Assembly (NCBI GenBank): GCA_963705505.1
Contig: CAVPJU010000003.1
Span: 64,001 to 128,000, forward strand
Origin: an uncultured bacterium
GTDB taxonomy: Bacteria > Desulfobacterota_D > UBA1144 > Nemesobacterales > UBA2774
DNA length: 64,000 bases
Direction of reading: 5' to 3'
Position 1 is the stretch's first letter. Each line of letters starts with the position of its first letter. Shown here one piece after another: positions 40,407-50,937 of the stretch. Below the pieces are notes generated by a model. It was given only the letters and a program-made list of their open reading frames with translations. It had not been told where the DNA came from and ran no database searches. Position numbers and translations under genes: made by a program.

Positions 40407-42788
40407 ATGTTCGGACTTATCAAAAAATACACGAGGTGGCTCCATACCCAGTGGCCTGCGGGTATAGTCGAGAAACTGCCGGAAGTAGGAGAAGACTATT
40501 CCACAAATGTCCCGGGGCTCTACATAGCGGGAGACCTCACGGGCATACCGCTCCTCAAATTCTCTTCCGATTCCGGAGCAAGGGCCGTGATGAATATACT
40601 CCGGGACGAGAATTTCAGACAGAGACGCCAGGATTTGAAAGGACCGGACATACTCGACCTCGTCATAGTGGGAGCAGGCGTATCGGGCATGGCGGCGGCG
40701 TTAGAGGCGAAAAAGAACGGTCTCCGGTTCGAGATACTCGAAGCAACCGAACCGTTTTCGACGATTATAAATTTCCCCAGAGGGAAGCCCATATATACAT
40801 ACCCTACGGATATGGTCCCCGCGGGAGAATTGCAGTTCACTAAAGACGTGAAAGAGCCCCTGGTCGAAGAGATAAAAGAAGAGACGCTGGGAAGGGGCAT
40901 ACAGCCGAAAATTCAGAGGGTAGAGAAAGTCGTTAACAGAGGCGGTTATATCGAGGTCGTTATCCCGGACGGTGTAAACCTTAAAGCGCTCCGCGCAATT
41001 GTTGGGATAGGACGCTCCGGCAGTTTCAGGATGCTGGGCGTGCCCGGTGAGGATAAGGACAAGGTTTTTAACAGGCTCCACGACCCAAAAGACTTCGAGG
41101 GTAAGAATGTGCTCGTAGTGGGCGGGGGAGACAGCGCGCTTGAGACGTCGATAGCGATTGCAAGGGCGGGCGGAAACGTCACGCACTCATACAGGAACGA
41201 GGAATTCTCACGCCCCAAGCCCGAGAACGTGGAAAACCTCAAAATGCTGATGGCCGACCCCATGGCGGACGTATCTGTCGAGACGCCCTCTTCCGAGCGT
41301 GTCACAACGAGCACGGGCGGGTTCATGCCGGGAGAGCATAAGCCCGGAAAGATAGAGCTCTTGATGAAGAGCCGCGTCAAGAATATAGGGGACAGCGAAG
41401 TTACGCTCATCGACCGGGACGGGAAAGAAATAACAATACCGAATGACGCCGTGTTTACCATGATCGGACGGGAAGCTCCTCTCGATTTTTTCAGGAGGAG
41501 CGGCGTAAAAATAAAAGGCGAATTGGGAGCGAAGGGAATCTCGCTCATGATGCTCTTTATCCTCTTCTGCGTTTTCGTTTACAACTGGAAAGCCGGTGGC
41601 TCCCTCACCATGCTCTTCGAGGAGAATAAGTGGTTCCCGTTCAACCTGCCTGCCTTGTTCGGCAGCCTCGGCGGATCTTTCGCGCAGTCGGCAAAGGACC
41701 CCTCTACGTTTATCGGCACTATGGCGATTACACTCACGGAGCCCGGGTTTTACTATTCGCTCGCTTATTGTGTGCTCGTAATAATATTCGGCATTCTGCG
41801 CATAAGGAGACGAAAGACCCCTTACATCACAGTGCAGACGCTTTCACTCATACTCGTTCAGGTTATACCGTTATTCTTACTGCCGTATATACTCCTGCCT
41901 TACCTGGGACACAACGGCCTCTTCGACACGGGGTTTATGAAATCGGTCGGTGACGCGCTGTTCCCCGTTGCCAATTATGAGCACGGACGCGAGTACTGGA
42001 GGGCGTTCGGCTTCATCCTCGCGTGGCCTCTGTTCATATGGAACGTATTCAGCTACGAGCCCCTCTGGGCATGGCTCATAATCAGCCTCATCCAGACATT
42101 CGTGCTCATCCCCCTGATTATCTACTTCTGGGGCAAGGGAGCATACTGCGGATGGATATGCTCGTGCGGCGCCATGGCGGAGACGCTCGGGGATACTCAG
42201 CGCCACAAGATGCCGCACGGGGCCAAATGGAACCGGCTCAACATGGTGGGACAGGTCATACTCGCAATAGCGTTTATTATCCTTTTCGCGCGCCTTTTGA
42301 GCTGGGCGATGCCGAACACGGGGTTCGGACAGTCGGTCAGTAAATTTTACGAAAACGCGCTCTACGGATGGCACCCATTCGGAATTCAGATCAACTACAG
42401 ATGGGTAGTCGATCTCTTCCTCGCGGGAGTCGTCGGGTACGGGCTTTATTTCTGGTACAGCGGGAGGGTCTGGTGCAGGTTCATGTGCCCGCTCGCAGCA
42501 CTCATGCACATCTACGCGAGGTTCAGCCGCTTCAGAATAATTGCGGACAAAAAGAAGTGCATATCCTGTAACGTCTGCACGTCGGTCTGCCACCAGGGGA
42601 TAGACATAATGAACTTCGCCAACAAGGGCCTCCCGATGAGCGACCCCGAGTGCGTGAGGTGCAGCGCGTGCGTCCAGTCGTGCCCCACGGGAGTGCTGAG
42701 GTTCGGGCAGATCGACCGGAAGAGCGGAAAGGTAATTAAAATAGACGGCCTCGCCGCCTCTCCCGTTCTGATGAGAGAGGGAAAGTGA
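40407..42788 (+). CDS. Fusion of a thioredoxin-reductase-like FAD/NAD(P) domain and a membrane polyferredoxin with 2x[4Fe-4S]
   Basis: GAGVSG and GGGDSA motifs, multiple TM segments, CGWICSCG, CRFMCP, CISCNVCTSVC and CVRCSACVQSCP. Confidence 0.85.
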   Translation: MFGLIKKYTRWLHTQWPAGIVEKLPEVGEDYSTNVPGLYIAGDLTGIPLLKFSSDSGARAVMNILRDENFRQRRQDLKGPDILDLVIVGAGVSGMAAALEAKKNGLRFEILEATEPFSTIINFPRGKPIYTYPTDMVPAGELQFTKDVKEPLVEEIKEETLGRGIQPKIQRVEKVVNRGGYIEVVIPDGVNLKALRAIVGIGRSGSFRMLGVPGEDKDKVFNRLHDPKDFEGKNVLVVGGGDSALETSIAIARAGGNVTHSYRNEEFSRPKPENVENLKMLMADPMADVSVETPSSERVTTSTGGFMPGEHKPGKIELLMKSRVKNIGDSEVTLIDRDGKEITIPNDAVFTMIGREAPLDFFRRSGVKIKGELGAKGISLMMLFILFCVFVYNWKAGGSLTMLFEENKWFPFNLPALFGSLGGSFAQSAKDPSTFIGTMAITLTEPGFYYSLAYCVLVIIFGILRIRRRKTPYITVQTLSLILVQVIPLFLLPYILLPYLGHNGLFDTGFMKSVGDALFPVANYEHGREYWRAFGFILAWPLFIWNVFSYEPLWAWLIISLIQTFVLIPLIIYFWGKGAYCGWICSCGAMAETLGDTQRHKMPHGAKWNRLNMVGQVILAIAFIILFARLLSWAMPNTGFGQSVSKFYENALYGWHPFGIQINYRWVVDLFLAGVVGYGLYFWYSGRVWCRFMCPLAALMHIYARFSRFRIIADKKKCISCNVCTSVCHQGIDIMNFANKGLPMSDPECVRCSACVQSCPTGVLRFGQIDRKSGKVIKIDGLAASPVLMREGK

Positions 42789-42950
42789 ACGATTATAATT
42801 CAATCGAGTCGCTAAACCTCGAATTGCCGGATTAATAAATTCCGGGACGAGACGTGTCGAGCTTCGCTTTTAAAACTAAATCGTCCCCGCGCCCGTTCAC
42901 ATCGGGTGACGCGGCGGGTAGTATAAAAATATCCAGGCTAATATAATTTT

Positions 42951-43653
42951 ATGACTCCCAGAATCTTCGTGATCATCCCCGCATTGAACGAGGAGAAGCT
43001 CCATCGGAAAGGTAGTCGCCGATATTCCGCGGGACCTCGTGAGCGAAATTCTGGTTATAGACAACGGCTCGGTAGACAGAACCGCAGAGAACGCGGCCAG
43101 GTCAGGCGCGACGGCGCTCAAAGAAGACAGGCGAGGGTATGGCTACGCATGCATGAAGGGTGTGGATTACGCGCTCAAAAAGCCCGTCAGCGAGCGCCCC
43201 GATATTGTCGTATTTCTCGACGGTGATTACTCGGACCACCCGGAGGAGACGGGGACGCTCGTGAAGCCTATTATCGAGGACGGCTTTGATATGGTGATCG
43301 GCTCCCGGACCCGGGGCGCACGCGAACGAGGGGCGCTCCTGCCCCAGGCGCTATTCGGGAACGCGCTCGCGACGACATTGATAAAATGGTTTTACGGTAT
43401 CGAATTCACGGACCTGGGCCCGTTCCGCGCAATAAAATTCGACAAATTAATCGGCCTCGGGATGTCGGACATGACATTCGGATGGACAGTCGAAATGCAG
43501 ATCAAGGCGGCGAAAAAAGGACTCAGATGCACGGAAGTACCGGTAAGATACAGGAGGCGCATTGGGGTTTCAAAGGTGACGGGCACATTGAGCGGCGCCC
43601 TCAAAGCAGGATACGGAATACTCCTGACCATATTCAAACACTTAAGAGACTGA
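42951..43653 (+). CDS. Glycosyltransferase family 2, frameshift at ~43000
   Basis: VIIPALNEE then SIGKVV in the next frame; DNGS, GYGYAC, DGD and TDLGPFRAI motifs. Confidence 0.88.
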
Positions 43654-43711
43654 AACAGACCGACATCGCAATTTCAACCCCCGGGCTTCTCTCCCCATAG
43701 CCCCGAAATTA

Positions 43712-44821
43712 TCAGTATAAGAAATCGACGACGCTTCCTATACGGAGCCAGAGCCTGGCGAGCGGGTTTAAAATAATACTTTCCCCGGTGAACACGGCGA
43801 CGCTTACGGACCCCCCTATTCTCAGCTTATATTTATTATGGTCGATATTTGTTATCCTGAGCCGCACGGGGAAACGTTGTGCGAGCTTTACCCAGTTCTC
43901 CGGGTCCTCGACTACGGGAAGAGTGCCCGTCGGGAAGCCCTGCCCCGCGCTCACTCCCCAATCGGTACTGTCCACTACGGCTTTGAATACCTTTCCCGGA
44001 TACAACGCTACGCTTACCTCGGCTTCCTGCCCCGCCCTGATCTGCCCCACGCTGTTCTCCCTGAAATTCGCGACGACCCACCACTGATCGTCGTCGACGA
44101 AGGTCAATACCGGGTCGCCCACTTTTATATAAGACCCCACGACGAGCTGGAGATTTGAGATATAACCGTCCGTAGGGGCGTAAAAGGTCGTCTGGGAGAG
44201 GTTATACTCGGCAAGCGCCAGGTTGGCTTCCACCTCTTTGATTATCGCGTAATCCCCGTCGATCTTATATTCGAGCGCCTGCTTTGCCTTCTCGTAATCG
44301 GCTTTCGACTGATTGAGCGCCGCCTTCTTTGAATTCACCTGCTCCGTCGCCTGATCGAATTCGAGCTTGGCTATATAATTTTTCTCCACGAGGGGCAGGA
44401 GGTCGTTATAGCGCTTAGTCGCATATGCAAAATCAGCCTGGGACTGTTTTACGACCTGCTCCGCGGCGTCTATATTGCTTTTGAGCTCGTCGATATTCTG
44501 CCTCGTCTGAACGAGCTTCGCCCTCAGCTGCTGCGCCTGGTATTCGTAAGGCCTCGGGTCGAGGCTGAATAGTTTATCACCCTTATCGACATGCTCGTTA
44601 TTTTTTACGTACACCTTCACGACCTGTCCGTCCACCTGAGGGGCCACCTGCAGCACATAAGCCTGTATATACGCGTCACCCGTGTAAGGGGTATACCTGT
44701 CCATGAGGACGTAGTAGATGATGAGTAGAACGATAAGGGAAATTATAAAAAGAACCCAGAATTTCACCGAGTAGGTTAGTTTATCGAGCTCGAATCTGGA
44801 TTTAAGATCTTTGAGGCTCAT
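43712..44821 (-). CDS. HlyD-family membrane fusion protein
   Basis: N-terminal TM, VAPQVDG, APTDG and WVKLAQRFPVR motifs. Confidence 0.9.
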   Translation of the reverse strand: MSLKDLKSRFELDKLTYSVKFWVLFIISLIVLLIIYYVLMDRYTPYTGDAYIQAYVLQVAPQVDGQVVKVYVKNNEHVDKGDKLFSLDPRPYEYQAQQLRAKLVQTRQNIDELKSNIDAAEQVVKQSQADFAYATKRYNDLLPLVEKNYIAKLEFDQATEQVNSKKAALNQSKADYEKAKQALEYKIDGDYAIIKEVEANLALAEYNLSQTTFYAPTDGYISNLQLVVGSYIKVGDPVLTFVDDDQWWVVANFRENSVGQIRAGQEAEVSVALYPGKVFKAVVDSTDWGVSAGQGFPTGTLPVVEDPENWVKLAQRFPVRLRITNIDHNKYKLRIGGSVSVAVFTGESIILNPLARLWLRIGSVVDFLY

Positions 44822-44927
44822 CGAATAGAGATACCGGAAACCGCATCCTCAAACAGAACTTAATGAGTTGCCGGCGCTGTTCATATCTGCGTTTTGTGTA
44901 TGGAGCATAAAGAACCCGGGGGCGGAC

Positions 44928-45332
44928 TCACCATCCCCAGGGACCGCCGGCCCATCCCCAGAGCCCGGGACCGAATTCAGCCTGCTCCGCCAACATAGCC
45001 GCCTCTTCTTCCTCGTTGACCATATTGGATTCGTATACCATCCTCTCGTAGCGGTCATAAGCAGCCTGGTCCCCGGTCCATACGCATTTGCAGTCATAGG
45101 GATCGGCGTACCAGTAAAGGGGTTTATTGTCCCTGACGCTGAACTGCACCTTTTTCGGGGTAAGAGAATTCAGCATGTTCAACTTTTCAGGTGTGTCCGC
45201 AGGGATCATTACAAACCCCGCTGCACTCAGCAGTTCCTCTGCACTCTTGGCCTGCTCGCCCTGTATCGCAGCGCAGCCGGTCAAAAAGGTTACGGCCACT
45301 AATGCCCATAAAATTACTCTTACGTGTATCAT
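44928..45332 (-). CDS. Hypothetical lipoprotein
   Basis: AAGGAGG RBS, lipobox LTGC, LLSAAGF and YADP..CKC motifs, W/G-rich tail. Confidence 0.75.
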   Translation of the reverse strand: MIHVRVILWALVAVTFLTGCAAIQGEQAKSAEELLSAAGFVMIPADTPEKLNMLNSLTPKKVQFSVRDNKPLYWYADPYDCKCVWTGDQAAYDRYERMVYESNMVNEEEEAAMLAEQAEFGPGLWGWAGGPWGW

Positions 45333-45444
45333 GAATACCCTCCTTAGACGCAATCCGCCCGATAGGTATAAAGCGATCATTGCCCGCCATTAAACCGGAC
45401 AAGTTAAACCTAACACCTAAATTATAAAAATTAAATAGTTGACG

Positions 45445-45636
45445 TTATTTGGAATTCGTTCTGCGGTTATCCCACTTCAGGGCGTTTTCGAGTGTGAGAC
45501 CCTGCACAATGATCGAGAATACGACGACTGCATAGTTCATAAAAACAATCGGGTCCCTCTCCGGCGAGCCTGCAAGGTCGAGGACGAGGAGCACAGCGTT
45601 CAGCGAAATCGGCAGCCTGAACGAGCTCGACGGACC
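45445..45636 (-). pseudogene. Remnant of the last helices of a CPA1 (NhaP-like) Na+/H+ antiporter
   Basis: Reads LVLDLAGSPERDPIVFMNYAVVVFSIIVQGLTL; the rest of the gene is missing. Confidence 0.6.
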
Positions 45637-45753
45637 TCATGTTGCCGGACCCCGGATAGCCGAGAATAATTATCAGAACGTAGGAGACGAGCGACGCGCC
45701 GTTATACAATGCGGGCGGGGGATTGTCCGGAAACCTCGTACCCGGCAACACGT

Positions 45754-47998
45754 CTAGGCACTGGATGTTCCGAGCTTGACGCCCGAAGGCGCTTCCGATT
45801 CGTTTATCCTGTTAATGCAAACAGTGATCTTCTGGAGAGAATTCAACACAGCATCGACGCTCGCGGCAACAAGGACATCTTTTTCAATATCCTCAAGCGC
45901 AAACTGTTTCCAGAAGCCCGTCTCGCGAAACGCCTGCCTGTGATCTTGTATTTGCTGCGATAACTGTGCGATGGAAGGAGCCAGGACGTCCCTCGTATAG
46001 AACTGTTGTGAAGCCTCCTCAAAGAAATTGCGAATCGTCCTGTAATCGGGAGCCATATGCTCGAGGTATTTATTCAAGAGCTCGTTATCGATCTCCGTGT
46101 ACATCGTCTTTTTCAGGGTCTCAAGCTCGGCGTAAATTACTTCGAGCGATTCAATTATCTCTACGAAGTCCTCGGCATGGAGCTTCTCGTCGCTGATTAC
46201 ATACTGGGCGTCGAACAGGAGGGAAGTGCTCGTAGGCATGGCTGCGGCAAGCGGGTTGACGAGAGATTCGATTTTATCTTTCACTTTCTGTTTTTCTTTC
46301 TCGTCGAGTATGAGAAGCTGCTCAAATATCGCCCCGCTTATACGAAGTGCGGAGGATATCTTCTTCTTGAGCTCGCGATACGGACTCACGGGCCAGATAT
46401 TATGAAGTACGAGCAGGCCTATCGCTGAAGCCATGAGCAGGGCGAAAAATCTCATTATAGCCAGGTTGAGATTAATCTGGGGACCCATAGTTGTAAAAAA
46501 CACATAGGGGAGCATGAGACCCGCCTGGAGACCCGAGAAAGCTATTTTCTGACTCCCGCTCGCGACATACGCGGAAACAAAAGTACCGAGTGCGTAAATC
46601 AGGATCAGCAGTAAGAAATGAGGGATCAGAGTGACTATATATAATCCGGCTGTACCGTAGAGAAGTCCCGCCACAACGCCTATTATCGCAAGCTTCCCAC
46701 GGAGGTGCGCCTGCCCGGTATTTGGTATCGAGCCGAACAGCACGCCGTAGAAAGAGGCCTGATAACCGCCGGGCAGTTTGAAAATAAGCTCACCCAGAAG
46801 AAGGAGCATGATGACAATAACGGTCTTCATGGATTGATGCGCCTCTTCTTTCGTGATGTAAGGCAGCCCGGCGGACTTTATTCTCTCGACCCCGGGAGAT
46901 CTGGTCACTCTCTCCCGGGCGAGTTTATCGTATCCGCGGTTGTAAATAACATTCCAAATCTGAAACGCTTTCCGCAGCAGAGTCGCAGTATCTTCAAGAA
47001 GCGGAAGCATCGCCCCGAGAGCAAGGAGGTCCTCGTAGTAGTCCTGGTCTTTACCCTCGACCGAATGCATGTTTTCATAGAGTCCTTTCAAATTCGCAAT
47101 CTTAGTATCCGGCTCGCCCGCATAAGGCGCTGCGGAGCGGTTTTTCTCTATTGCGTCCGCGAGCCTTCCGAACCCCTCAGAGAGCAATGCAAAGAAATCG
47201 TTCAAGCTCTCAGAAACAACCTTGTCCTCGAGGCATCTGTGCTCTTCTCTCATAAATCCCCCAAGCACGTCGAGCTTGATGTACATGCTCTTTGCGTACG
47301 CCACGAGCATCAGATAAGGCTCCGCATGGAACTCCTCACCCCTTGCTTCACGCTCCGTCCGCCTCACGAGATTAACAAGGTTATTAAAGATATCCACGGA
47401 GGCGGAGTCGAATTTTTGGACCTGTACTCCGCGCCCTTCAGCCCTCATATAGCTCCTGAAGCGGTTTGAATAGTCCTTATATACGGCCGAAAGGGTAAGA
47501 TAAAGCGCCTCCTTACTCCTGTGAGGCCATATAATTTCATCGACGAGCCATGAAACCGTAACGGCGATGAAAAGCTGAACGATGTAGTTTTGTACGGCGG
47601 CTGTAGTTTCAGAGACGGTGCCGAATATCGCGACAAACATGGTCATTGCCGCGAGTATCGCGCTCAGCACGGAGGCAATTAAATATTTCCCTATGAACGT
47701 GATACAAAAAAATATCCATACCGCTGAGCAGTATCAGATAAAGAGGTTGTGAGTCGAGGAAATAGTAAACGATAAACAGCGAATAAATCCCGCTTAATAT
47801 ACTGCCGATCAGGGATTGGACGCCGACCTCGAAAGTCTTCCCGTGGAACCCCGACATGATCATATAAAGGATCACCGGAGAGAGGAAGCCCGAAGAGAGG
47901 TGAAAATAATTACAGATAAGAACTGCGATTACGCTGCCCAGAGTTATTTTAAGGGCAATTTTGAAACGGAATATAACGAGATAATCTTTGAGGTTCAT
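45754..47998 (-). CDS. FUSC-like inner-membrane efflux protein, frameshift at ~47720
   Basis: Two TM bundles each ending IWP, separated by helical domains. ORFs 47609-47998 and 45754-47670 join. Upstream of HlyD. Confidence 0.75.
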
Positions 47999-48062
47999 CG
48001 TATGTCTGTTCGTTCGGCGGGAAGATATATCTCGTTCATCGGGCCCGATATACCTGTCTCAG

Positions 48063-48126
48063 ATTATCACACGCGGAGTCGGACCATGTCAAACCGTTGA
48101 CAAAACCTTCATAGTGATGAGATAAT
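48063..48126. promoter_or_regulatory. Back-to-back divergent sigma70 promoters
   Basis: TGTCAA-accg-TTGACA; each strand reads TTGACA-N18-GATAAT with a TGn extension. Confidence 0.6.
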
Positions 48127-48179
48127 GGCTTCAGTATAAGGCTATATTGACCGATATTACAACAACCCGGAAATAACTT

Positions 48180-49010
48180 ATGGCAATACCCGATACTATG
48201 GTTGGCGGCGCACTTATCCTGTGGTACGTACTCACGGGAGCGTCCCTCGTCTTCCTAATTTACGACCTCGAGACGAATACCCCGTCAATGGGGGTAATGA
48301 AGCTCGCGTGGATCCTCATAGTCCTCTACACTGGGCCGCTCGGTCTTTTCATATACATGCTTTCATGCCGCCAGCCTCTGCCGGGGACGCACGACGAGTT
48401 CATCGCTCCTCACTGGAAGCAGTCCGTGGGCTCTCTCATGCACTGTGTCGCGGGGGACGCGACCGGCATTATCCTCGGCGCGATCTTCACATTCCATCTC
48501 GGGCTTCCGAACGGTATCGACCTCGTTATCGAGTATGCCGCCGCCTTCGTCATGGGGCTCCTCATATTCCAGGCGCTGTTCATGAAATCCATGGCGGGAG
48601 GGAATTATTTCGAGGCCGTAAAAAAGACGTTCTTCGCGGAAACAGTGTCGATGAATTTTGTAATGGTCGGCATGATCCCCGTAATGGCGATAATGAGGAT
48701 GAAGATACAGGGAGGAGACGACCCCAAGGGACTCATGTTCTGGGGCATATCGTCCCTCGCTACGATCGCAGGCGCAATCGCCGCATATCCAGTGAACTCA
48801 TGGCTGGTCGGGAGCGGCCTCAAGCACGGAATGATGACTGCTGTGTCGAGCGAGCCCGCGATGCCGGGCATGCCCGGCATGTCGGACCGCGAGCAGCATA
48901 AGCAGCCTCAGGTTTCGTTCATGAAAAAATTCGGCGTGCTTCTGATTTCTGTAGGCTTTCTGTTAGCGGCCGTCTGGATAACGTCAAGAATTGTCGAGCT
49001 CGGTATCTGA
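48180..49010 (+). CDS. DUF4396 membrane protein
   Basis: HCVAGDATG, AYPVN.WLV..GLKHGM, Met-rich tail. Confidence 0.85.
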   Translation: MAIPDTMVGGALILWYVLTGASLVFLIYDLETNTPSMGVMKLAWILIVLYTGPLGLFIYMLSCRQPLPGTHDEFIAPHWKQSVGSLMHCVAGDATGIILGAIFTFHLGLPNGIDLVIEYAAAFVMGLLIFQALFMKSMAGGNYFEAVKKTFFAETVSMNFVMVGMIPVMAIMRMKIQGGDDPKGLMFWGISSLATIAGAIAAYPVNSWLVGSGLKHGMMTAVSSEPAMPGMPGMSDREQHKQPQVSFMKKFGVLLISVGFLLAAVWITSRIVELGI

Positions 49011-49021
49011 GAGGCCGTCAT

Positions 49022-49066
49022 AAAAAACCCGCCGGAATGTTTATACAATTTCCGGCGGGCTCTTTC
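49022..49066. terminator. Bidirectional terminator hairpin
   Basis: AAAAAA-CCCGCCGGAA...TTCCGGCGGG-ctcttt between convergent genes. Confidence 0.75.
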
Positions 49067-49101
49067 ATTTTATCATTCGCTTGAAATCACTTCAATAACG
49101 C

Positions 49102-50937
49102 TTAAGGCGTATCGTTGTCCGAGAGTATCGTACGGTCTCCCGTCGCCGGATCCACTCTAAGTACGGCTTCGAGCGTTCCGTCCACTACGAGGAGGTCGCC
49201 GCTTTCTTCGACGGCGATATCGGATGGCGATTCGAACTCCGGTCCGGTTCCGACTCCGCTTCCGGAAATGATCGTCCTGTCTCCGGTGTCGGGATCGATG
49301 CTCAGGACATCATTCGTAGAAAAGTCGACCACCAGAAGGCTGCCGTCGGTTCCCTCCGTAATGCCTGTCGGGTCGACCATATCGGGCCCGCTGCCTGTAT
49401 CGGCATCGGAAATAATCGTCCTATTCCCTGTAACGTCATCGATAAGAATTACGGCATCCAATGTAAAATCCACAACTGCGAAATCGAGGTTGTCCAGGAC
49501 GACAATTCCCACCGGGTCGATAAGATCCGGACCCGAGCCCACACCGGCACCCGACACTATAGTACGCTCTCCGGTCAGATTATTAACTGCGAATATCGCG
49601 GGCACATTCTGATCTACAACGATAGAGACGACGCCGTTGAAAACGTCCACATCCACGGGCGCTATAAAGTCAGGACCGGACCCTACACCGTCCCCCGAGA
49701 CCGTGAAGCGGTCTCCCGTCACGGGATCGACTTCAAGAACAGATTGAAGGCCGAAGTCCACAATAAGGATACTCCCGTCGTCCATTACAGCGATCCCGTC
49801 GGGGTCTATGTACTCGGGTCCCGCGCCCACATTATTGCTGGAAACGATCGTACGGTCCCCTGTCCCGGCATTAACGCCAAGCACCGCATCCGATCCCGCA
49901 TCGGAAACGACGGCATTGCCGTCGGGCCTGAGCGCAATACCCACAGGGCGATCGAAATCAGTCCCCGTATCGGCAAAGGCCCTCGAAACCACTTTCCTGT
50001 TCCCGTTAACCGGATTTATTTTTAGAATAGCTCTTGTAGGCGGATCGGCCACGAAAATCTGACCTTTGCCGTTAATTGCCAAACCCCTCGGGTCTTCGAG
50101 GTTAAGACCCGTACCCCTATTCTCATCGGAAACGATCGTCCGGTCCCCGGAAACCTCGTCGACGCTCAATAGAGCATTGAGCTCGGCATCAACGACGAAA
50201 ATACTCCCCGTCTTGACATTGAGCGGAGCTATAAAGTCGGGGCCGTCGCCCGTGCCCGGGCCCGATACCGTCACCCGGTCACCCGTGTCGGGATCGACAC
50301 TCAGAATAGATTCCGTCCCGAAATCGGCAACAAGGATGCTGCCGTCCTCAGCAACGGCTATGCCTATGGGAGAACCGAACTCCGGGCCTGAGCCCGTCGT
50401 ATTATCGGCTAAAATCGTCCGGCTGCCGGTTACGGGATTCACTCTGATCACGCCGGGAAGAGAAAAATCGGCAACGACAAGGCTACCGTCGTCTTCGACG
50501 GCAATCCCGATGGGGAGCGCGAAATCGGGCCCGGTCCCCGTACTCGAGCTCGAAACGATCGTCCTGTTCCCGTTAACCGGGTTAATCCTCAGAATCGCAC
50601 CCGTATCCGACACGCCCGCATCCGTGACGACCAGGTTCCCCGAAGCCTCGACCGCAATCTCGAGCGGTATCACGAGCTGAGGGCCTGCGCCGTTCTCAGC
50701 GTTAGAGACAATTTCCCTGTTCCCGTTTCCGGGGTTTACGCGGTATACGGCTACAGTGCCCGAATCGACGACGACAAGGTCGCCGTCTCCTTCAATGGCG
50801 ACAGCCTGCGGGTCCCTGAACCCCGGCCCGCTCCCGACCGTATCAGGGGTATTACCCCCGCCGCCCCCGCTGCATCCCCCTATGCTTCCCAATATAACAA
50901 ACGTAAAAAGTGCTGCAGTAATTAATATGCTTCTCAT
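49102..50937 (-). CDS. Acidic lipoprotein with 12 NHL-like beta-propeller repeats
   Basis: Lipobox IGGC, then 12 ~48-aa repeats GxGPxFxxPxxIAVxxDGxxxVxD...VDPxTGDRTIVS. Confidence 0.85.
   Translation of the reverse strand: MRSILITAALFTFVILGSIGGCSGGGGGNTPDTVGSGPGFRDPQAVAIEGDGDLVVVDSGTVAVYRVNPGNGNREIVSNAENGAGPQLVIPLEIAVEASGNLVVTDAGVSDTGAILRINPVNGNRTIVSSSSTGTGPDFALPIGIAVEDDGSLVVADFSLPGVIRVNPVTGSRTILADNTTGSGPEFGSPIGIAVAEDGSILVADFGTESILSVDPDTGDRVTVSGPGTGDGPDFIAPLNVKTGSIFVVDAELNALLSVDEVSGDRTIVSDENRGTGLNLEDPRGLAINGKGQIFVADPPTRAILKINPVNGNRKVVSRAFADTGTDFDRPVGIALRPDGNAVVSDAGSDAVLGVNAGTGDRTIVSSNNVGAGPEYIDPDGIAVMDDGSILIVDFGLQSVLEVDPVTGDRFTVSGDGVGSGPDFIAPVDVDVFNGVVSIVVDQNVPAIFAVNNLTGERTIVSGAGVGSGPDLIDPVGIVVLDNLDFAVVDFTLDAVILIDDVTGNRTIISDADTGSGPDMVDPTGITEGTDGSLLVVDFSTNDVLSIDPDTGDRTIISGSGVGTGPEFESPSDIAVEESGDLLVVDGTLEAVLRVDPATGDRTILSDNDTP

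Noticed and set aside
49102..50937. Diversity-generating retroelement or DNA-level tandem repeat
   Set aside because: The repeats are protein-level and diverged in DNA; no reverse transcriptase or adenine-specific repeat pair was seen.
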